The notes: generated by a model not told the origin, from the sequence alone. Positions 46,642 through 57,070 are shown, counted from the stretch's first letter. The stretch: 64,000 nucleotides of DNA from an uncultured Candidatus Peribacteria bacterium (GCA_964383675.1 CAYLHX010000003.1:2412-66411); one strand, 5' to 3'. Program-made: numbers and translations.

Positions 46642-47748
46642 CTATACCTCCTCAACCTCAAACTTCCCTTTTTTCCAATGCAATTTGTATAATATCTCAT
46701 CACTGAATTGCTCTGTCACCTCAATGGTTGTTCCGTAGCGCGGCAAAACAAAGAGCGGAACAAACGGAGCATTTGGATCCTCTGCAAAAGTTTCGGCCTT
46801 TTCCTTACTGAAGTCTAAGTCAGGAAGATATTGGGCGGTCACATCAATGAACTGGCCGTTATCATATCTGAGAAAATAAATCTCCTGCTCACAAGCCGGA
46901 CCGCATCCCTTCATTTCGGTAACAATTAAATGTTCACCATTGTGAAGGAAAACGGTCATGCTGCCGGAACCTTCAATCTCCATAGGTGAAAAACTTATGT
47001 AATAATTCTCCAGGTCCAGAACATCTATCGCACCGGTACGGACTGCTTTGCTCACATCCCTAAAATATTGATCCGGAATTTCATTAAAGTAATCTTCAAC
47101 GGTTTTTGTCTCCGGCATGGCAAATTCCACCGTCTCCAGAATCTTGTCCAATAAACTCACCTCGCCCGGATTTGTATTAAAAACATAAAACCTGTCACCG
47201 ACTTTAACAAAAACCAAAGTTAACTTAGTGCTACCAAAACTCTCATAGACCAATTTTACCGCCGGTTGACCGCCAACGGTAAGTTCGGATTCCTCAACAA
47301 CACTTTCCCATTCTCGAATTTGTTCCACTCGTTCCTCAAGACTCTGTTCACTATTTTCCGTGTCTACCCAAAGTGACGTTACAAAAGCCCCTCCATCTCC
47401 CACCGCTCTTTCCGAGGCTTCCTTTACGTCATATGTATCTATAATGGGGAAATAATCGCCGTCCCATTTGTCCTGAAAAACATTATGGGCCGGGTACCCA
47501 GCGGGTAAACGGAAACTAACACCTAACTCCGGAAAATCATATTGCAGACCGGCAGTTCCCAATTTTGCAATCGGCTCAACCAAAACATAATAAATATCCT
47601 CTTCCTCATTTTCTTGTTCCTCAACAGGGGGCTTCACTGAAAAGTCTCTATAGCCATTAACAGAATTATTTGCTTCATCAAGAGGAACAGCGGGCTCGCA
47701 TCCCACCAAAATAAAAATCGACATTAAGACAATTGAAAACTTTAACAT
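46642..47748 (-). CDS. Lipoprotein, function unknown
   Basis: Lipobox at the N-terminus: MLKFSIVLMSIFILVGC. Confidence 0.55.
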   Translation of the reverse strand: MLKFSIVLMSIFILVGCEPAVPLDEANNSVNGYRDFSVKPPVEEQENEEEDIYYVLVEPIAKLGTAGLQYDFPELGVSFRLPAGYPAHNVFQDKWDGDYFPIIDTYDVKEASERAVGDGGAFVTSLWVDTENSEQSLEERVEQIREWESVVEESELTVGGQPAVKLVYESFGSTKLTLVFVKVGDRFYVFNTNPGEVSLLDKILETVEFAMPETKTVEDYFNEIPDQYFRDVSKAVRTGAIDVLDLENYYISFSPMEIEGSGSMTVFLHNGEHLIVTEMKGCGPACEQEIYFLRYDNGQFIDVTAQYLPDLDFSKEKAETFAEDPNAPFVPLFVLPRYGTTIEVTEQFSDEILYKLHWKKGKFEVEEV

Positions 47749-47769
47749 AGCAAGAAGGTTAGGTATAAA

Positions 47770-48264
47770 CTAGCGGTAATTCGAAAAATTAAGGGGCAGA
47801 TCCAAACTCTCATCTGCCTGCAGCTTGGCAATAATTTGTTGCAGCTCATCGATAGATTTTGAAAAAACCCTTACCGTATCGCCTTGAATAACCGGCTTGG
47901 ATTTTGGGAAAAGCTCTCGCACCAACTTGGAAATCTTTTTTGCCCCTTCCGAATCAAGTGCCTTAATAAGTTTAATCTCCAGTCTAACTCTCATTCCGCC
48001 AATCTCTTTAATTTCTTGTCTGTTCAAAATCTTTGGGGAAAGTTTTCTACTAATCATCTTTTTGGTCAAAATATCGTAGACCGATTCAATCTGTATATTA
48101 CTTGGCGCGGTAATTTTTATATCATCCTGATTGAGTTCAAGTTCGATATTGGCATCTTTCAAGTCGAAGCGAGTAGTTGCCTCACGCTTAGACTGGTCTA
48201 CGGCATTTACCAGTTCCTGATAATCGAACTGCACCATAATATCCATTGAATGTTCGCTGGCCAT
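47770..48264 (-). CDS. yajQ: YajQ-family nucleotide (cyclic-di-GMP)-binding protein
   Basis: SMDIMVQFDYQELVNAVDQSKREATTRFDLKDANIELELNQDDIKITA is typical of UPF0234/YajQ. Confidence 0.85.
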   Translation of the reverse strand: MASEHSMDIMVQFDYQELVNAVDQSKREATTRFDLKDANIELELNQDDIKITAPSNIQIESVYDILTKKMISRKLSPKILNRQEIKEIGGMRVRLEIKLIKALDSEGAKKISKLVRELFPKSKPVIQGDTVRVFSKSIDELQQIIAKLQADESLDLPLNFSNYR

Positions 48265-48442
48265 AAAATTTTAGGTTAGAAAATATTCATGCGGAGAAAA
48301 CTTTTTTCTTGAGTTCAACCTGGTGTTTGTACAAAATAGCATTGTGAATGGCCGATGCCACCACTCATCCCTTCATTAAACGGAGTAAGTTTTTCACCGG
48401 TTGCATTTTTAAGTTTTGAGAAATATTCTTGCATCTACCAGT

Positions 48443-49876
48443 TTATTCAACCAAATCTAAAAATTGATCAAGTTTGCTTTGAACACTTGCCAAATCCGCC
48501 TCGTTAACAGTTCTCTCTTCTGTTACCGAATCCAAAGTACGATCCAGCCAATCCAGATAATATTCATAATTTTCCATAGTCGGATTACCGAAAATCATAT
48601 CGTCTTCCGGCGCATTCAGCCATAAATCCAAAGCGTACTCCAGATCTTCCAGCTCCTCTTGAGGAGTACCGGCTTCCTTAGCCTCCAGAATTATTTTTTT
48701 ATCACCATTTGGATTCTCCAAGTTATCCTGGTCCAGTGGTGCACCATTATCACATATTACCCCCTGCCCCTGATAAGATCCTAAAAAGCCCCAATATTCC
48801 TGATCCATCAAAACAAATTCCCAGATCGGCGCCCAGTTATTGTCTAATTCTGGATTTGCGGGAAAGTCTAAGGAGAAATCAAGTTCACTGATATAATAAC
48901 ACATTTCCTCATCCATCTCTCCCTCTCCTTCAAAGTCAAAAGTGGCAGTAATTTGTTCCACCTCAAACAAGATATAGTCAAGTTTACTGAGCAACTCTTC
49001 ACTACAGTCTCCGCTCAAAATGCAAGTAATGCTGGAAGTGTAATAATAGGTGAAAGTATCACCAGAATACAAGAAAGTAAGGGGCATTCCTTGCAGTGAC
49101 GGGTCACCGATGTCTTCGGTCAAGATCTGTAGAATTGTAAGAACTCGATCATGATCAAAATTAGACGATAATATGGTTGTTGCCACTAGGGCATTATTAT
49201 TTGGGTCAAAATCCCAATTGATATCGTTCATAGCGGCATCAATTGTATCAAAGGTGACGGTCAAGCTTGAGCGTGGGCCAAGATAATCGGCAAGCTCACC
49301 TTGCTGATCCTTTAGAACGCGGGTTATAAGATCGGCCATTTGATTTCTCCTCAAATTACCATCGAAGCTCGTCACATCCATGGGAATGTAATTTTCCGCG
49401 GATGCCGCATTTATAATACCGCGATACCAAATCTCTTCATCTTCCTCATACTCTATGCCAAAAACCTCTAAAACTATTTTCACAGCTTCAACAATATTAA
49501 CCGGATTGGCCGGTCTGAAAGAACCATCGGCGTAACCATCCACATAGCCCTCAGACTTAGCATAACAAACATATTTGGTAAACCAAGCTCCGGCAGGGAC
49601 ATCACTGAAACAGCTCTGGTTTTGGAAAGGTTCCAAAACCTCTTCTTCAATTCCAACCGCCTCAAAAACAATCTTTAGCATCTCTGCGCGGTTTACTTCA
49701 TTATCAGGGCGGTAAGTTCCATCTGCGTAACCGTTTACTATGCCCGTCTCTTGAAGAAATTCGATTGCCTTTCTGTAAAGTTCGGAATCGTCAACATCGT
49801 TAAAGTCGGCAAAGGCCGTGGCATTAAGAGCTAAAATGAGGCCTAAGAAAATTATTAATGACTTCAAGATTTTCAT
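48443..49876 (-). CDS. Secreted SLH-domain surface protein (SLH repeats at the N-terminus)
   Basis: A signal peptide is followed by the SLH repeats FNDVDDSELYRKAIEFLQETGIVNGYADGTYRPDNEVNRAEMLKIV and FSDVPAGAWFTKYVCYAKSEGYVDGYADGSFRPANPVNIVEAVKIV. Confidence 0.8.
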   Translation of the reverse strand: MKILKSLIIFLGLILALNATAFADFNDVDDSELYRKAIEFLQETGIVNGYADGTYRPDNEVNRAEMLKIVFEAVGIEEEVLEPFQNQSCFSDVPAGAWFTKYVCYAKSEGYVDGYADGSFRPANPVNIVEAVKIVLEVFGIEYEEDEEIWYRGIINAASAENYIPMDVTSFDGNLRRNQMADLITRVLKDQQGELADYLGPRSSLTVTFDTIDAAMNDINWDFDPNNNALVATTILSSNFDHDRVLTILQILTEDIGDPSLQGMPLTFLYSGDTFTYYYTSSITCILSGDCSEELLSKLDYILFEVEQITATFDFEGEGEMDEEMCYYISELDFSLDFPANPELDNNWAPIWEFVLMDQEYWGFLGSYQGQGVICDNGAPLDQDNLENPNGDKKIILEAKEAGTPQEELEDLEYALDLWLNAPEDDMIFGNPTMENYEYYLDWLDRTLDSVTEERTVNEADLASVQSKLDQFLDLVE

Positions 49877-50087
49877 AAATGTTGATGGTTAAATTAGTGA
49901 AAACTACACAACTTTAGCATACTGTTTAAGATTTTAGAAATATGGCTTGCATAAGGTGTAAAATGCCGCTCACATTAGCAATGCATCACAGTTCGAAATA
50001 AAAGCAACGAAATATATCAATTAATCTATTGGATTTATGCCATAAATGTCTTAAATGATAATTGCTTTTATTCTTTAAATTTTCGCA

Positions 50088-50876
50088 ATGAAAGTACTGA
50101 TGTGCAACCCTCAACATTTCGACGTAAATTATGAAATCAACGTCTGGATGGACAAACAAAAAACCGTAGATAGGGAGAAGACCATAAATCAGTATCAAAA
50201 TCTCAAAGACACTTATAAAAAACTTGGAGTTGAGGTAAAAGAAATAGAACAGGCCGAGGGCTTACCGGACATGGTATACGCCGCCAATTACGGATTTTTG
50301 CACAACAATATTTTTGTCCGCTCCAACTTTTTCCACCAAGAGCGCAGAAAGGAGGCTGAGCTTGCCGCCGAGTTTATGGCAAAATTAGGTTACGAAGTTG
50401 TTCCTCTGGCTGAAGAGCTTTACTTTGAAGGCCAGGGAGATCTCTTCCGCTGTAACGATCAATTTTTCTGCGGCTATGGTTTTCGCACCAAACTGGAAAC
50501 CATCAAGGAGCTGGAAAAAATCTTCAGTGAACCGGTACACGCTTTAAAACTTGTAGACCCTCGCTGGTATCACCTGGATACCTGCTTTTTGCCGCTCGGT
50601 AATAAAAGGGTTATGATTGCCCCCGAGGCCTTTGATCAGGAGTCTCTTCAAATAATCAAAAACAATTTTGATCTCGTGATAGAAACAAACGATCCAACCG
50701 ATATTGCCGGCTTTGCCTGTAACTCCATGGTTATTGGCGACAAAGTCATCACTTACCGTATGTCGGAAAACACCAAGAAAACACTTTCTGAACTCGGCTT
50801 TGAAGTGATTGAGGTTGATATGTCCGAATTCATGAAAGGCGGAGGCAGCGTTAGATGCTTAACCATGGACTTGTGA
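50088..50876 (+). CDS. Guanidino-group-modifying enzyme superfamily protein (amidinotransferase / DDAH / arginine-deiminase-like)
   Basis: MCNPQHFDVNYEINVWMD, EGQGDLF, WYHLDTCF and the C-terminal nucleophile motif GGGSVRCLTMDL. Confidence 0.75.
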   Translation: MKVLMCNPQHFDVNYEINVWMDKQKTVDREKTINQYQNLKDTYKKLGVEVKEIEQAEGLPDMVYAANYGFLHNNIFVRSNFFHQERRKEAELAAEFMAKLGYEVVPLAEELYFEGQGDLFRCNDQFFCGYGFRTKLETIKELEKIFSEPVHALKLVDPRWYHLDTCFLPLGNKRVMIAPEAFDQESLQIIKNNFDLVIETNDPTDIAGFACNSMVIGDKVITYRMSENTKKTLSELGFEVIEVDMSEFMKGGGSVRCLTMDL

Positions 50877-50879
50877 TAA

Positions 50880-53255
50880 ATGAAAAAAGACCTAAATCTT
50901 ACAGGTAAAACACTCCTGTTTGTAAACTCCGGCGGTAAAAAGAAGAAGTTTACACTCGAAAAAGCCAAAAAACTTGGTGCCAATATCGTTCTACTCAATA
51001 AAACGCTCGATGTCTCCAAAAATTTGGTGAATCATTTCATTGAGGCGGACAATTACAATCATGGAGAGGTAATCGAAAAGCTGCACTTCTTTCTTAAACA
51101 ACATCCGGAACTGCAATTTGATGGCGCCATTACCTTCTGGGAAGATGACGTGCCACTTTTGGCGCGAATTTGCGATGAGTTTAATCTTCCCGGCAATAAT
51201 TACGATACAGCGATAAAAACCAGAAATAAGTATGAGATGCGCAAGCGTCTTAAAGAAACCGGCTTGGGCAATCCCAAGTTCGCCCTGGTTAAAACCCCCA
51301 AAGATCTTCAAGTGGCAGTTAACGAAGTGGGCTTTCCTGCTGTAATGAAGCCCGTTTGGGGGTCAGACAGTGAGTTTGTGGTACTGGTAAAGAATGAAGA
51401 AGAGGCCGCCAATACGCTTAACTATCTGCTCAAAAACTGTACCGAACAATTTAATGCAATTTTCAAGTATAACGACGGAGCTTTTTTGTTTGAAGAATAT
51501 ATGGATGGCATGGAGGTTAGCGTGGAGGGATTTTCTCAGTTTGGTATCCCCAATGTTATTGGTATTCACGAGAAGCAACCCATCAAACCACCATACTTTA
51601 TCGAATATGGTGATATCGCCCCCGCTCGTATCGAGTCCAAGATGGAACAGGAGGTAATTAAGTTGGCGGAGTCGGCCCTGATTGCACTGGGAGTGCAAAA
51701 CAGCCTTTCCCATATTGAGATTAAAATCACCTCCGAGGGGCCCAAAATCGTGGAAGTGGCCTCACGCATGGGCGGTGACGACATCTACTTCAATGTGAAG
51801 CATGTCTGGGGCGTGGACATGGTCGAGGCTGGCGTGCAGGTTGCCACCAATATGCCGGTTAACTTTAAGCGCAAAGAACCCAAGGACAAAGTTATCTGCC
51901 GCTATTTCATTCCCGAGTTTTCCGGAATTGTTACCAAGATTCAAAATCTGAAAGAGGTGCAGAAAATGAAGAATGTTTTGCAGGTGACAGTAAACAAGAG
52001 CATCGGCGATCCGGTTTTAGTACCGCCGGCCGGTTTTGATAATACCGGTTGGGCCATTGTGAAGGGGAAAACTTATCAGGAAGCCGAGACATTAATGAAC
52101 AAGTTGTTGGAAAAAATCACTATTAACATCACCAAGTTTCACAAAGACTCTTCGCTCGGTAAGACCACTCGCAAACCCGATCTTGCCTCAGCTTCCAGAG
52201 TAAGAAGTCAGATCTTGCGCGCCTCAAAAATCGAGAAGATTCGCTCCATTAACCTACAGGCCTTGCAAGAATTTCATATTGGTATCGTAACCAATGAACC
52301 GTTAAGTGGTGCCGAGTCCGCCGCGATTCTAACGAATCGCGGCTACAAAGTAAGCCTTTTCGACATTAGCCAGTCGCCGCTTCCGATTAGAAAGATTCAA
52401 GAGGCCAACCTGGACTTTGTGCTTAATCTCGCGCAAGCGGTTTACGATTCACCACTGCTTAAACCCTATATCGCCGGTCTCTTCGATATCCTTCAGCTGC
52501 CTTACACCGGTTCCGGTTCCTCAACCTTGGCCTTGGCCGCCGACAAAATTAAAACCAAAAAACTACTGGATTATCATGGGATTCCCACACCCGCTTGGGA
52601 TTACGTCGAGGAAATGGAGGATGAGATTGATCCAAACCTAAAATTCCCCCTTATTGTAAAACCGGCCAACTCCGATAACGCGTTCGGCATCAACAACGAA
52701 TCGGTTGTCACCAATGAGCGCGACCTAAAAAAGCAACTTGAAATAATCGTTGAAGAACTCAAAAGACCGGCCTTGATTGAAGAGTATATCGAGGGAGATG
52801 AGTTTGATGTCTGTATTTTGGGTAATGACGAAGATGCCGAAATTCTGCCGCTGATTCGCTCTATTTTTGACCGCATGCCCAAACCTAATTGGCATATCTA
52901 TCATTCCGCATTAAAAAATCAGGAAAACGAGGAGATCCTGAAAAGCATTCGTCTGGAAAAACCCGCCAAAATCCCCAAGAAACTGGATTCACTGATTAGC
53001 GAAATGTCTCTGGATGTCTTCAATATCTTTGATTGTCGCGATTACCTGAAGATGGAGATGCGCGTGGACAAAAACGGTAATCCATTCGTATTGGAACTTA
53101 ACCCCAATCCGCCGATTCACCGGGACGATTTCCTGCCAATGGCGGCAAAGCTGGCCGGTTACAGCTATGAGGATCTTTTGGAAGAGATAATTATCCTGGC
53201 AATTCAGCGTTACAAAGATCATCCGCCCTTTTATCACTTAAGCTCAATTAAGTAA
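50880..53255 (+). CDS. Fusion of two ATP-grasp ligase modules (an amino-acid-ligase-like N-terminal half and a D-Ala-D-Ala-ligase-like C-terminal half)
   Basis: N-terminal half: FPAVMKPVWGSDSEFVVLV, FLFEEYMDGMEVSVEGF and SHIEIKITSEGPKIVEVASRMGGD. C-terminal half: LPYTGSGSSTLALAADKIKTKKLL, FPLIVKPANSDNAFGI, LIEEYIEGDEFDVCILG and FVLELNPNP. Confidence 0.8.
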   Translation: MKKDLNLTGKTLLFVNSGGKKKKFTLEKAKKLGANIVLLNKTLDVSKNLVNHFIEADNYNHGEVIEKLHFFLKQHPELQFDGAITFWEDDVPLLARICDEFNLPGNNYDTAIKTRNKYEMRKRLKETGLGNPKFALVKTPKDLQVAVNEVGFPAVMKPVWGSDSEFVVLVKNEEEAANTLNYLLKNCTEQFNAIFKYNDGAFLFEEYMDGMEVSVEGFSQFGIPNVIGIHEKQPIKPPYFIEYGDIAPARIESKMEQEVIKLAESALIALGVQNSLSHIEIKITSEGPKIVEVASRMGGDDIYFNVKHVWGVDMVEAGVQVATNMPVNFKRKEPKDKVICRYFIPEFSGIVTKIQNLKEVQKMKNVLQVTVNKSIGDPVLVPPAGFDNTGWAIVKGKTYQEAETLMNKLLEKITINITKFHKDSSLGKTTRKPDLASASRVRSQILRASKIEKIRSINLQALQEFHIGIVTNEPLSGAESAAILTNRGYKVSLFDISQSPLPIRKIQEANLDFVLNLAQAVYDSPLLKPYIAGLFDILQLPYTGSGSSTLALAADKIKTKKLLDYHGIPTPAWDYVEEMEDEIDPNLKFPLIVKPANSDNAFGINNESVVTNERDLKKQLEIIVEELKRPALIEEYIEGDEFDVCILGNDEDAEILPLIRSIFDRMPKPNWHIYHSALKNQENEEILKSIRLEKPAKIPKKLDSLISEMSLDVFNIFDCRDYLKMEMRVDKNGNPFVLELNPNPPIHRDDFLPMAAKLAGYSYEDLLEEIIILAIQRYKDHPPFYHLSSIK

Positions 53256-54544
53256 TGAGCAAAGAGATTTTAATCGTCACCGGCTCAGACTATTCAGCTC
53301 AGGTATATGAAGCTTTTCATCAAGTAAAACAGCTCGGACATAAACTGTACCTTTTAAGTGATGGCTCTTTTGAGGCGCGACCGAACATTTTTAAAGAACA
53401 TTTTAAGTACGATCTCAGAAAAACCAAAGAAGTCTTGCAGTATATGACAAAGCAGCCCTTTAAGTTTGACGCTGTAACTATCAAAACTTCGGAGTGGCTT
53501 ACTCCTTTGGTAGCTCTGCTTGCCAAACAATATGACTGCCTCGGCAATCAACCTCAAGTGGCTTTCAACTGTCGAAGCAAGTATCACATGCGCAAAAAAT
53601 TGGCCGAACACGGTGTACCAATTCCCGCCTTTGAGCTTTGCCAAAACTATGAACAACTTCTGGCGGCCATTAAGAAGATCGGTCTGCCTTGTGTTGCCAA
53701 ACCGGTAGGAGGCAATGCCAGCTACGGCACCTTTTTAATACGGCACGAGGAAGATTTAGCCCAGCTGGAGGAAAATTATAAAAAGTCCATTCAGTACCTT
53801 CAAAATAAGGCGCTGCAAGATGATGTATTTGCCTTTTCAGAAGAAGAACTCGAACTTTTTGAAATTGAAGAGAAGGTGAACATGGTTACCGATTATCTGG
53901 TGGAGGAATTTATGGCCGGACCGGAAATAAGTGTGGATGCCCTGGTACAAAACGGACAGGTCTCTATTTTGGGAGTTGCCGATCAGGTACGCATGGAGCC
54001 GCCCTATTTCGTTCAATTGGCAGAATACATGCCTTATCTATGTTCTCCGGAAGAAGAAGCAAAAATAGAGGAGTTAATTAAAAAAACAATCTCAGCCTTG
54101 GACATTCAAAACTCCGCAACTCATACTGAAATAATTTTCACTCCAGAGGGGCCGAAAATAGTAGAAATCGCCTGCCGCATCGGCGGCGATAATATTCACG
54201 ACGCAGTCTATCAAACCAGCGGCTACAATCTGATGTTTGAAAATATAATGATTGCCTTGGGCGAAAATCGTCAACATCGCTCACTGAAACAATCTCACAC
54301 CGCCATGAAATATCTCCTGCCGGAGAAAGAGGGCAAAATTCAACAAATCCAAGTACCCCCAGAGCTTTATCTGGACCACAATATCACCGAAATAGAAATT
54401 ACCGCTCAAAAAGGTGATCTGGTTGCCCCTCCACCCAAAAGTTTTGATTTCCTGGGCTATATCTCGGTTAAAGGTAATACCAGAGAAGAGGCCGAAGCCA
54501 AACTATCAGATACACTTTCCAAAATAGACATTCAAATTGAATAA
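53255..54544 (+). CDS. ATP-grasp ligase
   Basis: LPCVAKPVGGNASYGTFLI, YLVEEFMAGPEISVDALV and THTEIIFTPEGPKIVEIACRIGGDNI. The start overlaps the upstream stop (TAATG). Confidence 0.8.
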   Translation: MSKEILIVTGSDYSAQVYEAFHQVKQLGHKLYLLSDGSFEARPNIFKEHFKYDLRKTKEVLQYMTKQPFKFDAVTIKTSEWLTPLVALLAKQYDCLGNQPQVAFNCRSKYHMRKKLAEHGVPIPAFELCQNYEQLLAAIKKIGLPCVAKPVGGNASYGTFLIRHEEDLAQLEENYKKSIQYLQNKALQDDVFAFSEEELELFEIEEKVNMVTDYLVEEFMAGPEISVDALVQNGQVSILGVADQVRMEPPYFVQLAEYMPYLCSPEEEAKIEELIKKTISALDIQNSATHTEIIFTPEGPKIVEIACRIGGDNIHDAVYQTSGYNLMFENIMIALGENRQHRSLKQSHTAMKYLLPEKEGKIQQIQVPPELYLDHNITEIEITAQKGDLVAPPPKSFDFLGYISVKGNTREEAEAKLSDTLSKIDIQIE

Positions 54545-54545
54545 A

Positions 54546-55790
54546 ATGAAGATAGTGGGAATAGAAAGCCTGGAATTACTCTTTTCAAAGCTTAAGAACA
54601 GCTGTTATTTTGCCACCTCTGAAAGTAGTCCGGCCTACGACTTTTTCAAAACCAATATCTCTCCAAACCACCTACTTACGCTCAAACAATCCGAAAATTT
54701 CGCCCTTCACCTAAATGATGACAAAGCCATTGAAAAATCAGATTTGAATCAGAGGGTAATGGGTGAAGGCATAGACTCCTTTTGGATTTCACACAGGACT
54801 TCCAGAAAACTTGTCGATTGGGAACAAAACTCGCGGATCAAACTCTTAGCGAATCAGCTCAAACACCAGACCAGATTTGAAAATAAAATAGTGTTTGACG
54901 ATCTACTAAGGCAAAATAAGCTACCCGTTCCTCAGGGGAAAGTCCTCAGTGGTACAAGCGATCTTCAAAACTTGGAAAGTTTTCCGGCAGTGCTCCAGAT
55001 TCCCGAAAGCGATGGTTCCACCGGCACCTTTTTTGTCTCCGACCGACGGGAAATCGAACAACTTCTGAAACTTAAGAAACTTTCTTTTCCCTGCCTTTTT
55101 CGCCAATACATCGACGGAATCCCTCTTGGCATAACCGCCCTTATAGGCAAAGAAAACCTGATTTTTTCCTCTCTAAGACTGCAATTATTTTTCCTCAACA
55201 ACAAGGGCGGTAACGACTATTATGGTATCCAATGGCTGCCTTCTACACTATTTAGCAAAGCTTTCTACGAAAAGCTAAGTTCAAGCTTAAAGAAAATCTG
55301 CACAATTTTCAGAGACCAAGGTTTTTCCGGAGTCGCCAACTTTGACCTAATTGCCAAGGACAACGAATTCTATTTTATCGAATGTAACCCGCGACTCTCT
55401 CTCTCTTCCGCGCAATTAACCAATCAAAAAGAACTTTTTCACGGTCTAGATTTTACTGAGGAATTTGCCCAGGTTATTAATGAAGGGGATTCTAGCTCAA
55501 ATAAACCAACAATTCCACAAACCGATTATCAGGGCGCTACAATTGATTTGGACTTTGTTAAAAACAAATGCGGAAAAGAGAGAATTTTCAAAACCGGTAC
55601 CTATAGTTTTACAAACCACGATTTCATTTATGAATCCAATAAGTTGGATGACTTTGCTACCGATAAAATTTTTGCCTACACCAACTGCCTTATTACTAAC
55701 TTCCCGGTTGCAACCATTCAAAATGACCGCTTTGCATTATCAAAGTACGGACAAGATATAATTGCATCCATCCAAGCTAACACCAACTAA
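54546..55790 (+). CDS. Divergent ATP-grasp-like ligase
   Basis: FPAVLQIPESDGSTGTFFV, LFRQYIDGIPLGITAL and GVANFDLIAKDNEFYFIECNPRLS. The track start at 54537 is a TTG. The ATG at 54546 lies 1 nt after the upstream stop. Confidence 0.55.
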   Translation: MKIVGIESLELLFSKLKNSCYFATSESSPAYDFFKTNISPNHLLTLKQSENFALHLNDDKAIEKSDLNQRVMGEGIDSFWISHRTSRKLVDWEQNSRIKLLANQLKHQTRFENKIVFDDLLRQNKLPVPQGKVLSGTSDLQNLESFPAVLQIPESDGSTGTFFVSDRREIEQLLKLKKLSFPCLFRQYIDGIPLGITALIGKENLIFSSLRLQLFFLNNKGGNDYYGIQWLPSTLFSKAFYEKLSSSLKKICTIFRDQGFSGVANFDLIAKDNEFYFIECNPRLSLSSAQLTNQKELFHGLDFTEEFAQVINEGDSSSNKPTIPQTDYQGATIDLDFVKNKCGKERIFKTGTYSFTNHDFIYESNKLDDFATDKIFAYTNCLITNFPVATIQNDRFALSKYGQDIIASIQANTN

Positions 55791-55792
55791 AT

Positions 55793-57070
55793 ATGCTCGA
55801 AAGCAAGTTCTCCAAAATTTCCCAAATTAAGTTTCATTTATTGCAAGTCGCAGAACAAGAATCAACACCTGCCTACATTTATGATCCAGCGGAGCTAAAA
55901 AATAATTTGCAGCTTTTCAAAAATGCCTTTAACGAGCAGGGAGTTGAGGCCAAAATCTTTTACGCCATCAAAAGCAATTATTATGCTCAACTTTTAAAGG
56001 ATGTGGTGGAATTTGGGGAAGGATTGGATGCCTCCAGTCAACGCGAGCTTAAGCTGGCACTTGAAGCGGGAGCCAAAAAAATTATTTATACCGGTCCGGC
56101 AAAAGAAGAAAAAGATTTTGAATTAATTTTAGAACACACCGAAAAAGTAAGTGTTAATTTGGAAAGTTTTCGCGAATTGAAACTGCTTGGAGAAATGGCT
56201 GAAAAATCCGGTAAGGTTGTCCGTTGTGCCTTAAGGGTAACCACCTCAAGCCAGAAAGGCTGGACCAAATTTGGCCTTCCGCTCGAACGATTTAAAGATT
56301 TCTACCTTGAGACCTTAAACTATCCGGCTTTAAACTTTTGCGGATTACACTTTCACATCAGTATGAACAAAACTCCAGATAAGTATGTCTCTACGCTGAA
56401 CGAAATTGCTGCTTATTTCAAACAAAATTTCACGCCACAAGAACTCCAGAAATTTGAATACATTGATATGGGTGGAGGAATCTATCCACAGCCCTTTGAA
56501 GGTATTTACTCCTGGAATCCGGATCAGGTTATGCAGTTTTTTAGCAATGAAACTCATTTTGAGGACATCATCGCCGATAAGTGGCAACCACGATATCTAC
56601 CTCTGGAAGTTGAACCCATCGAAAAATTTGCCGAAGCAATCTGCGGGACTTGGCTCAAAACAATCAAACCTATTTTGCCGAATGCAGAACTATACTGCGA
56701 GCCGGGACGTTTCATCTGCCACAGCGCCATGCATATCCTATTAAAGTTGGTGGAAATCAAAAACGAAAACATGGGCATCACCGATGGTGGCAACAACATT
56801 GTCGGCTGGGAAAAACATCAATTTTTCAACTACACGCCACTCTTCAATCTTTCTCAATTCGATTTGGAGAACGAACGCCCATTTGTATCATATGGCTCAC
56901 TCTGCACGCCGGACGACATCTGGGGCTACTATCTCTACACCAAAGGCCAACCCAAGCCCGGAGACATAATCTTAATGCCTTTCCAGGGGGCTTACACCTA
57001 TACCTTGGCCCAGGAGTTCATCAAAGACATCCCAAAAGTAGTGAATCTTTCAGCGGATCAGGTTAGTTAA
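55793..57070 (+). CDS. PLP-dependent decarboxylase, fold type III (ornithine / diaminopimelate / arginine decarboxylase family)
   Basis: PLP-lysine context IFYAIKSNY, Gly loop DMGGGIY, CEPGRFI and GSLCTPDD. Confidence 0.85.
   Translation: MLESKFSKISQIKFHLLQVAEQESTPAYIYDPAELKNNLQLFKNAFNEQGVEAKIFYAIKSNYYAQLLKDVVEFGEGLDASSQRELKLALEAGAKKIIYTGPAKEEKDFELILEHTEKVSVNLESFRELKLLGEMAEKSGKVVRCALRVTTSSQKGWTKFGLPLERFKDFYLETLNYPALNFCGLHFHISMNKTPDKYVSTLNEIAAYFKQNFTPQELQKFEYIDMGGGIYPQPFEGIYSWNPDQVMQFFSNETHFEDIIADKWQPRYLPLEVEPIEKFAEAICGTWLKTIKPILPNAELYCEPGRFICHSAMHILLKLVEIKNENMGITDGGNNIVGWEKHQFFNYTPLFNLSQFDLENERPFVSYGSLCTPDDIWGYYLYTKGQPKPGDIILMPFQGAYTYTLAQEFIKDIPKVVNLSADQVS

Noticed and set aside
48265-48442. 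A short minus-strand ORF (about 38 codons, MQEYFSKLKNATGEKL...) between yajQ and the SLH gene.
   Set aside because: It is too short, has no recognisable motif and no supporting signals. It may be a gene remnant but cannot be supported.
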